Source of the DNA: an uncultured Thermoproteaceae archaeon
GTDB lineage: Archaea > Thermoproteota > Thermoprotei > Thermoproteales > Thermocladiaceae
Assembly: GCA_964575955.1 (NCBI GenBank)
Contig: CAZNTG010000006.1
Location: 458,107 to 490,106, forward strand
Direction of reading: 5' to 3'
DNA: 32,000 nucleotides
This document shows, one piece after another, positions 26,764 to 32,000 of the stretch. Made by a program: the position numbers and the translations under genes. The first letter of the stretch is position 1. Every line of letters starts with the position of its first letter. Below the pieces are notes generated by a model. The model made no database searches and was not told the DNA's origin. It saw only the letters and a list, made by a program, of their open reading frames with translations.

Positions 26764-29239
26764 GTTTAGAATTAAGGAATTAGTAATTGAAAATTTTAAA
26801 GGATATAAAGGTAGACATGTAGTACAGTTTAATCCAGGAATCATAGCAATTTACGGTCCTGTTGGTTCAGGTAAGTCAAGTATTGCACAAGCAATAGAAT
26901 ATGCACTATATGGTCAACAACTTGAAATTAAAGAGAGGATAGCAAAACTTGTAGATTTAATAAATGAGGAGGCTAGTGAAGCTAGAGTTCAATTAACTTT
27001 AGAAGATTATGAAGGTAATGTAGTGAAGATAATTAGACATTTAAGAAGATATGGAGATTCTGCTAGAGAAACACTTGCAGAATTGTGGTTTAATAATAAG
27101 AAGATAGCTTCAACAGCTAGAGAAGTTAATGAGAAGATTATAGAGATATTAAAATTAGATGAAGATGACTTCTCAAGATTTGTATTAGTTACTCATAGAG
27201 TTTTAGAAGGACTCGTATATGGAACTCCTGCAAAGAGAAGCTTAGTAATAGATAGATTATTCGGAATTGAAATGCTTGAACAGATATACAAAGCTATACC
27301 AATAAGAAAGATTGAAGAAATCTTAGAAAGAGAGAAACAGAAATTATCATCATATAAAGAGCTACCTGAAATATTATCGAAATATGGTTCAATACAAAAT
27401 GCAAGAGAGATATTAGAAAAGATGAAGAAAGAAATTGAGGAATATAGAGAAGTTGAATCTGAGCTTCAAAGAAGACTTGAAAAATTAATTGAACAGAGAA
27501 AACAAATTTTAGAGAAATTCTCAACAGTAGAGTCAGACTACGTTAAGTATCTTAAAATTAAAGCCGAGAGAGAAATGCTTGAAGAAGAATTAAAAAATTA
27601 TCAGGAAGTATCTGAAAAAACTATTAGAGTTGAACTTGATTTAATAAAATCATTCTTAATATCTAAACTCGAAGAGTTACTATTAAGTAGAGAAGTTGAA
27701 GAACTTTCACAAATCGATACTACATCACAAAATTTAGAGGATGTTAGTATGAAAATATTTAATATTGTTAGAAGATTAGAAGATTATTTAACGAAGATTA
27801 ATGAAGAAATTGAAAATTTGACAAATCTATGTGAAGAACTTAGAGCTGACTCTGAAAGACTTAGTAATGAAATTAGAATTTTAGAGAGAAGAATTAGAGA
27901 GATAGAAGATCAGTATAGAGAGTATAAGTCTCTAATATCGAAATATGGAACTCCTGAACATATTAAACAAGAGTTAGATAGATTGAGAGAGAAGATACAG
28001 TCTATAGAAGAGTTTGATAGACATGTTGAAGCTATAATTAGTGAAATTGTTAGAAAAGGATTGAAAAATTGTCCTATATGTGGTAGAGAGATTGATGATA
28101 ATGTACTTGAGAATATCAAATCTAGACTTGAAGAACTTAGAAAGAGGAGTAGAGTTGAAGAGTTAGAGTCTCTTCAGAAGAAGGTTGAAGAATTAGAACA
28201 TGCATTATCTAAGATTAAATCATTAAAATCTATTGTTGAAGAATATGAAGAACTGTATAGTAAAGTTAAGACTTTGAGAGAGATGTATAGTAATGTTATA
28301 GCTAAATTAGAGAATGCTGAAAAGAATAGGAGAATTCTTGAGAGACGTAGTCAGGTAATTAAAGCATTGATTGATGAGATTAGAGAGAGAATAGACAAGG
28401 TTGATAAAAATATTGCACTACTTAGGAAGTTTAAGAAATTGAAGAGTTTGATTAGAGAGGAGAGAGAACTTGAAGAGAAGTTGAAAAGTTCAGGACTTGA
28501 TTTAAAACAGTTAACATCTCTAGAGTTAGAAATTCAAGATATTAGTAAGAGACTTGATGAAGTTAGAAATAGGTTAAATAGTTTGAGTATTGAAGTTTCT
28601 AGATTAGAGAGAATACTATCTTCAATTCCTGTTGAATCTATCGAAAAACTTCGTGATAGAGTGTATAGTCTAGAGAAGTTGTATAATCAGTTAACTAATG
28701 TCAGATCTGCAATTAGGAAAGTACAATCTAGATTAAGAGAGAAGATGGTTGAGAAAGTTAGAGATTTAGTAGATAACTATTTCAAGCTCATGTACCCATA
28801 CTCAGACATGTCTGGTGCTGGAATTGAGTTGAGTATTAAGGAGAGACTTGGCACTCTAGTTAGTGAATATACTCTATACGGTTTGAGAGGTGGTAGACGT
28901 GTTCCAATATCTAGAATGAGTGATGGACAGAGACTTACTCTCTCACTATCATTTATGCTTTCTGTATATGTTGTTGCTAATCATAATGTAGATTTCATGA
29001 TTATGGATGAACCAATGCCATATGTTGATGTTGCTATAAGATCATCATTTTCAACATTAATATCAAAGTTAGTTAAAGAGTGTCTCGTTAATCAATTAAT
29101 AATAACTTCTCAAAGTAGAGAGTTTATAGATCAAATTATTAGAGAAGCTTTGAAGAATAATATCAATACTACACTTCTAAGTATTGAGAGAGAAGACTCT
29201 CAGAGAAGGATTAAAGTTGAGAAGATTGAACATAGCTAA
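26756..29239 (+). CDS. Arcadin-4-like SMC/Rad50-family coiled-coil ATPase
   Basis: N-terminal IENFKGYKG...GPVGSGKSS (Walker A), about 600 aa of heptad-rich coiled coil, central CPICG (28070-28084), C-terminal signature SDGQRLTLSLSF and Walker B FMIMDEP. It is the last gene of the crenactin cluster. Confidence 0.75.
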   Translation: MSKFRIKELVIENFKGYKGRHVVQFNPGIIAIYGPVGSGKSSIAQAIEYALYGQQLEIKERIAKLVDLINEEASEARVQLTLEDYEGNVVKIIRHLRRYGDSARETLAELWFNNKKIASTAREVNEKIIEILKLDEDDFSRFVLVTHRVLEGLVYGTPAKRSLVIDRLFGIEMLEQIYKAIPIRKIEEILEREKQKLSSYKELPEILSKYGSIQNAREILEKMKKEIEEYREVESELQRRLEKLIEQRKQILEKFSTVESDYVKYLKIKAEREMLEEELKNYQEVSEKTIRVELDLIKSFLISKLEELLLSREVEELSQIDTTSQNLEDVSMKIFNIVRRLEDYLTKINEEIENLTNLCEELRADSERLSNEIRILERRIREIEDQYREYKSLISKYGTPEHIKQELDRLREKIQSIEEFDRHVEAIISEIVRKGLKNCPICGREIDDNVLENIKSRLEELRKRSRVEELESLQKKVEELEHALSKIKSLKSIVEEYEELYSKVKTLREMYSNVIAKLENAEKNRRILERRSQVIKALIDEIRERIDKVDKNIALLRKFKKLKSLIREERELEEKLKSSGLDLKQLTSLELEIQDISKRLDEVRNRLNSLSIEVSRLERILSSIPVESIEKLRDRVYSLEKLYNQLTNVRSAIRKVQSRLREKMVEKVRDLVDNYFKLMYPYSDMSGAGIELSIKERLGTLVSEYTLYGLRGGRRVPISRMSDGQRLTLSLSFMLSVYVVANHNVDFMIMDEPMPYVDVAIRSSFSTLISKLVKECLVNQLIITSQSREFIDQIIREALKNNINTTLLSIEREDSQRRIKVEKIEHS

Positions 29240-29286
29240 TCTTGTAAGTTTCCCGAACCCTTATTAACTCTCTAATATTTAGCTTC

Positions 29287-30519
29287 ATGTATATGGGCAA
29301 TTTCATATATCCAGACACCATACTGACAACGTTAGGACATGTTGATCATGGTAAAACAACTCTAGTACAGGCTTTAAGTGGTGTTTGGGTTGCTAGACAT
29401 AGTGAAGAGATTAAGAGAGCTATGACTATAAAGTTGGGATATATAACAATTGGAATTTACGAATGTCAAGATGGTGAGTATAGGTATGTAAGTGATGGAC
29501 TTTTAGAAAATGGTAAATGTCCTGATGGTTCAGAACCTAGACTTGTTAGAAGAATATCTATTCTAGATGTTCCAGGACATGAAGTACTACTATCAACAAT
29601 GATTGCCGGTATTGGATTTGTAGATGGTGCATTAATGATTATTGATGCATCAATGCCATGTCCACAACCACAAACTGAAGAACATTTCCTAGCTGCAACA
29701 ATAATGGGTCTTAGAAGGATGATAGTTATTCAAAATAAGATTGACCTAGTACCGAAAGAGAAAGCTATTGAAAATTATCAACAAATTAAGAAATTTCTAT
29801 CAGGTACTTGGGCTGAAAATTCTCCAATAATACCAGCATCAGCATTACATAAAGTGAATATTGATGCAATAGCAACATTAATACATGAATATTTTCCAAA
29901 ACATGAAGAACAGAGTTCAGGACCACCAATGATGCACGTCTTAAGAAGTTTCAATGTCAACAAACCTGGTACACCACCAGAAAAGTTGGTAGGTGGTGTT
30001 CTTGGTGGTGTTGTTGTTAGAGGACAATTGAAGGTTAATGATGAGATTTAGATAAGACCAGGACTTAAACTTGGTGCTAAACATGTACCATTAAGAACAT
30101 GGATAACATCAATATCCATAGGTACAGAATTTGTAGAATATGCAAAACCTGGAGCACTCGTTGGAATAGGTACAAAACTAGACCCAGCATTAACGAAGGC
30201 AGACTCACTTGTAGGTAGTGTTGTAGGATTACCAAATCAGTTACCACCAGTCTGGTCTGAAGTTGAGCTTGAGTATGAGTTAATCAGGAAGGAGAAGCAG
30301 TACCAGATCAGGAAAGGTGATGTATTGATGATTAATGCAGGTGCTGCAACAGTACTTGGAATGGTTAAAGATGTGAAGAAGGAGAGAATTATAATAACAT
30401 TGAGAAAAGCTATATGTGCAGAACAAGGTTCTAAAATGGTAATAACAAAACAGGTTGAGAATAGGTGGAGAATAGTTGGTTATGGAACTATAAGTGGTGG
30501 TCACGTAGTATATGAGTAG
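29287..30519 (+). CDS. eif2g: Translation initiation factor aIF2 gamma, interrupted by an in-frame TAG at 30049-30051
   Basis: G domain GHVDHGKTTLVQALSGVW..HSEEIKRAMTIKLGY, DVPGHE, QNKIDL, SAL. After VNDEI-TAG the same frame continues IRPGL...AKPGALVGIGTKLDPALTKADSLVGSVVG...ENRWRIVGYG, which are domains II and III, to the TAG-TAG at 30517-30522. Confidence 0.85.
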
Positions 30520-30910
30520 TAGAGTACCAGTAGTATTGTACGATACTAGTATACTAATATTGATGTTTAGAGAAAATGTTAAAGTTTTTCAAAATGTTAA
30601 AGATATAGTAGGTCTACATATTCCTACAATCACTGAATTAACATTAAAAGAACTTGAAAAGATGTTAAAATTTAGAGAAATAAAAACTAGAAATGCTGCA
30701 AGATTAGCATTAGAATTTGTAAAGAAGTACATGTCTATATGTAAGTGTAGTAGTGATATATGTGATGATTGTATATTTGAGATGTGTATTGAGAAGAATG
30801 TCGATTATGTAGTTACATGTGATCTAGAACTTAGAAAGAGAATTTTAGAAAATACTTCCTGTAAAGTACTCTACTATTTAGCTAGTAAGAATAGAATTGT
30901 TCTTGATTAA
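30512..30910 (+). CDS. PIN-domain protein (Fcf1/Utp24-like)
   Basis: The N-terminal VVLYDTSIL acidic motif and C-terminal VVTCDLELRKRI fit this PIN family. It has the conserved position between aIF2-gamma and rpo7, with an 8-nt overlap with aIF2-gamma. Confidence 0.7.
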   Translation: MSSRVPVVLYDTSILILMFRENVKVFQNVKDIVGLHIPTITELTLKELEKMLKFREIKTRNAARLALEFVKKYMSICKCSSDICDDCIFEMCIEKNVDYVVTCDLELRKRILENTSCKVLYYLASKNRIVLD

Positions 30911-30960
30911 AAACGTAAACTTCATAAACACTAGCAATAGTATGCGTATGGAGATTATCC

Positions 30961-31545
30961 TTGTGGAGAGTTGTGACATTGGAAGACTATGTTAGGATTC
31001 CACCATCAAGATTTGGAGAACCACTTGACAAGGTAGCATATGAACAGCTTAGAGATAAGTATGAGGGTAAGGTTGAGCGTGATATTGGAATATTTGTTAA
31101 GATACTATCACTTGAGGTAAGTAAGAAAGGAATAATAACTTTTGGTGATGGTGCAACATATCATAAAGTTAGAGTTAAGATACTAGTATTCTCACCACTA
31201 AATAATGAGATTGTTGAAGGTGATGTTGTTGAAACTACAGAATATGGAGCATTCATCAGAATAGGACCTGTAAGAGGACTACTACATAAAACACAGATGA
31301 TGAGTGATAACATAATATTCTACGATAAGACAAGTGGAACTTTCATAGGTGAGAAGAGTAAGAGAAGACTTGGTAAAGGTGATGTTGTTAGAGTAAGAAT
31401 AGTAAGTGTAAGCTATGTACTAACATCATCAGGACTTGGACTAAGAATAAGCTTAACAGCAAGACAACCTTTCTTAGGTAAGTATGAGTGGATTGAAGAG
31501 GACATACAGGCACTACGTAAAAAGCCTGTAAAGACTGGTAAGTAG
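30961..31545 (+). CDS. rpoE1: RNA polymerase subunit Rpo7 (RpoE'), TTG or GTG start
   Basis: N-terminal LEDYVRIPPSRFG and the S1 domain GDVVETTEYGAFIRIGPVRGLLH are typical of Rpo7. An alternative GTG start is at 30973. Confidence 0.85.
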   Translation: MWRVVTLEDYVRIPPSRFGEPLDKVAYEQLRDKYEGKVERDIGIFVKILSLEVSKKGIITFGDGATYHKVRVKILVFSPLNNEIVEGDVVETTEYGAFIRIGPVRGLLHKTQMMSDNIIFYDKTSGTFIGEKSKRRLGKGDVVRVRIVSVSYVLTSSGLGLRISLTARQPFLGKYEWIEEDIQALRKKPVKTGK

Positions 31546-31561
31546 AGTATAGGTGTACAGT

Positions 31562-31792
31562 ATGGCAACACCAAGAAGAAGAGGTAGAAAGAGAGCATTA
31601 CCAGGATATAAAGCATGTAGAAACTGCAAAGCTGTAGTTCCTGAAAATGAGCCAAAATGTCCATACTGTGGATCAACAGACTTCTCAGATGAGTGGTATG
31701 GATTAATAATAATTATCGATCCTGAAAAATCAGCATTAGCAAAAGCATTAGGATTATCAAGAAAGGGAATATACGCTATAGATGTTCCGTAA
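31562..31792 (+). CDS. spt4: Transcription elongation factor Spt4 (RpoE'')
   Basis: Zinc ribbon CRNCKAVV...CPYCGS followed by FSDEWYGLIIIIDPEKSALAKALG. The ATG at 31562 is preferred over the track's GTG at 31553. Confidence 0.85.
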   Translation: MATPRRRGRKRALPGYKACRNCKAVVPENEPKCPYCGSTDFSDEWYGLIIIIDPEKSALAKALGLSRKGIYAIDVP

Positions 31793-31826
31793 AGTTTTTT
31801 AAAATATTTAAAGATTGACATGATGC

Positions 31827-32000
31827 ATGTCAATACCTGAAAATCTTGTAAAAATACTACCAGAAGGCGTTGAACCTGGAAAAATAGTGTATAAAATTGT
31901 TGAAGATAGAAGAAATCCACTACTCTTCAGAAGAGAATTAATGGTAGAGATATGGCATATAGGTCTACCAACACCAAATAGACTTGAAGTAAGACAAAAA
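31827..32000 (+). CDS. rps24e: 30S ribosomal protein S24e (5' partial, runs off window)
   Basis: Hand translation from ATG 31827 gives MSIPENLVKILPEGVEPGKIVYKIVEDRRNPLLFRRELMVEIWHIGLPTPNRLEVRQK, which carries the S24e signature (NPLL.R.E....H.G..TP.R.E.R). It is absent from the ORF track because it is truncated. Confidence 0.8.
   Translation, partial: MSIPENLVKILPEGVEPGKIVYKIVEDRRNPLLFRRELMVEIWHIGLPTPNRLEVRQK

Noticed and set aside
26756-29239. Calling the 827-aa coiled-coil ATPase the canonical DNA-repair Rad50.
   Set aside because: No mre11, herA or nurA gene is adjacent. The gene is translationally coupled (8-nt overlap) to the crenactin cluster, which fits arcadin-4. The hook motif is reported as a finding instead.
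30049-30051. Explaining the in-frame TAG by genome-wide TAG reassignment or pyrrolysine coding.
   Set aside because: TAG ends about a dozen well-delimited genes in this window (for example crenactin, the ABC ATPase, Sua5, Rpo7 and the radical SAM gene) at positions matching expected C-termini. No pyl genes are visible, and Pyl is known only from methanogen-type lineages. Local readthrough or a sequence error remains possible.

Overview
AT-rich archaeal chromosome segment. The GC-rich, intron-containing tRNA, TATA boxes about 25-30 nt upstream of start codons, thermosome, Alba and crenactin point to a hyperthermophilic crenarchaeote/TACK lineage. It is mostly housekeeping. Left to right: metallophosphoesterase, a C/D box sRNA candidate, intron-bearing tRNA-Thr(UGU), and a TauE/SafE permease that looks frame-disrupted. 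Next come a 4-gene BMP-family ABC transporter, Hsp20, an ABC-type ATPase plus TOPRIM-like two-gene cassette (candidate PARIS/AbiL/split-OLD-like defence module), and a glycerophosphodiesterase. A second, stronger C/D sRNA candidate follows, then S6e, Nre, Sua5, a creatininase-family protein, a NifX-like protein, split MetE, a radical SAM/SPASM protein, GNAT, signal peptidase I, thermosome, RpoK and Alba. The right third holds a complete five-gene crenactin/arcadin cluster, then the conserved block aIF2-gamma, PIN, Rpo7, Spt4 and S24e (partial). No CRISPR array, transposase or integrase was seen. The most notable points are the ATPase+TOPRIM cassette, an in-frame TAG inside the otherwise intact aIF2-gamma gene, a possible second in-frame TAG at the 5' end of the signal peptidase gene, and two sRNA candidates whose guides appear complementary to conserved 16S rRNA. 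All homology calls come from reading motifs by eye; no searches were run.
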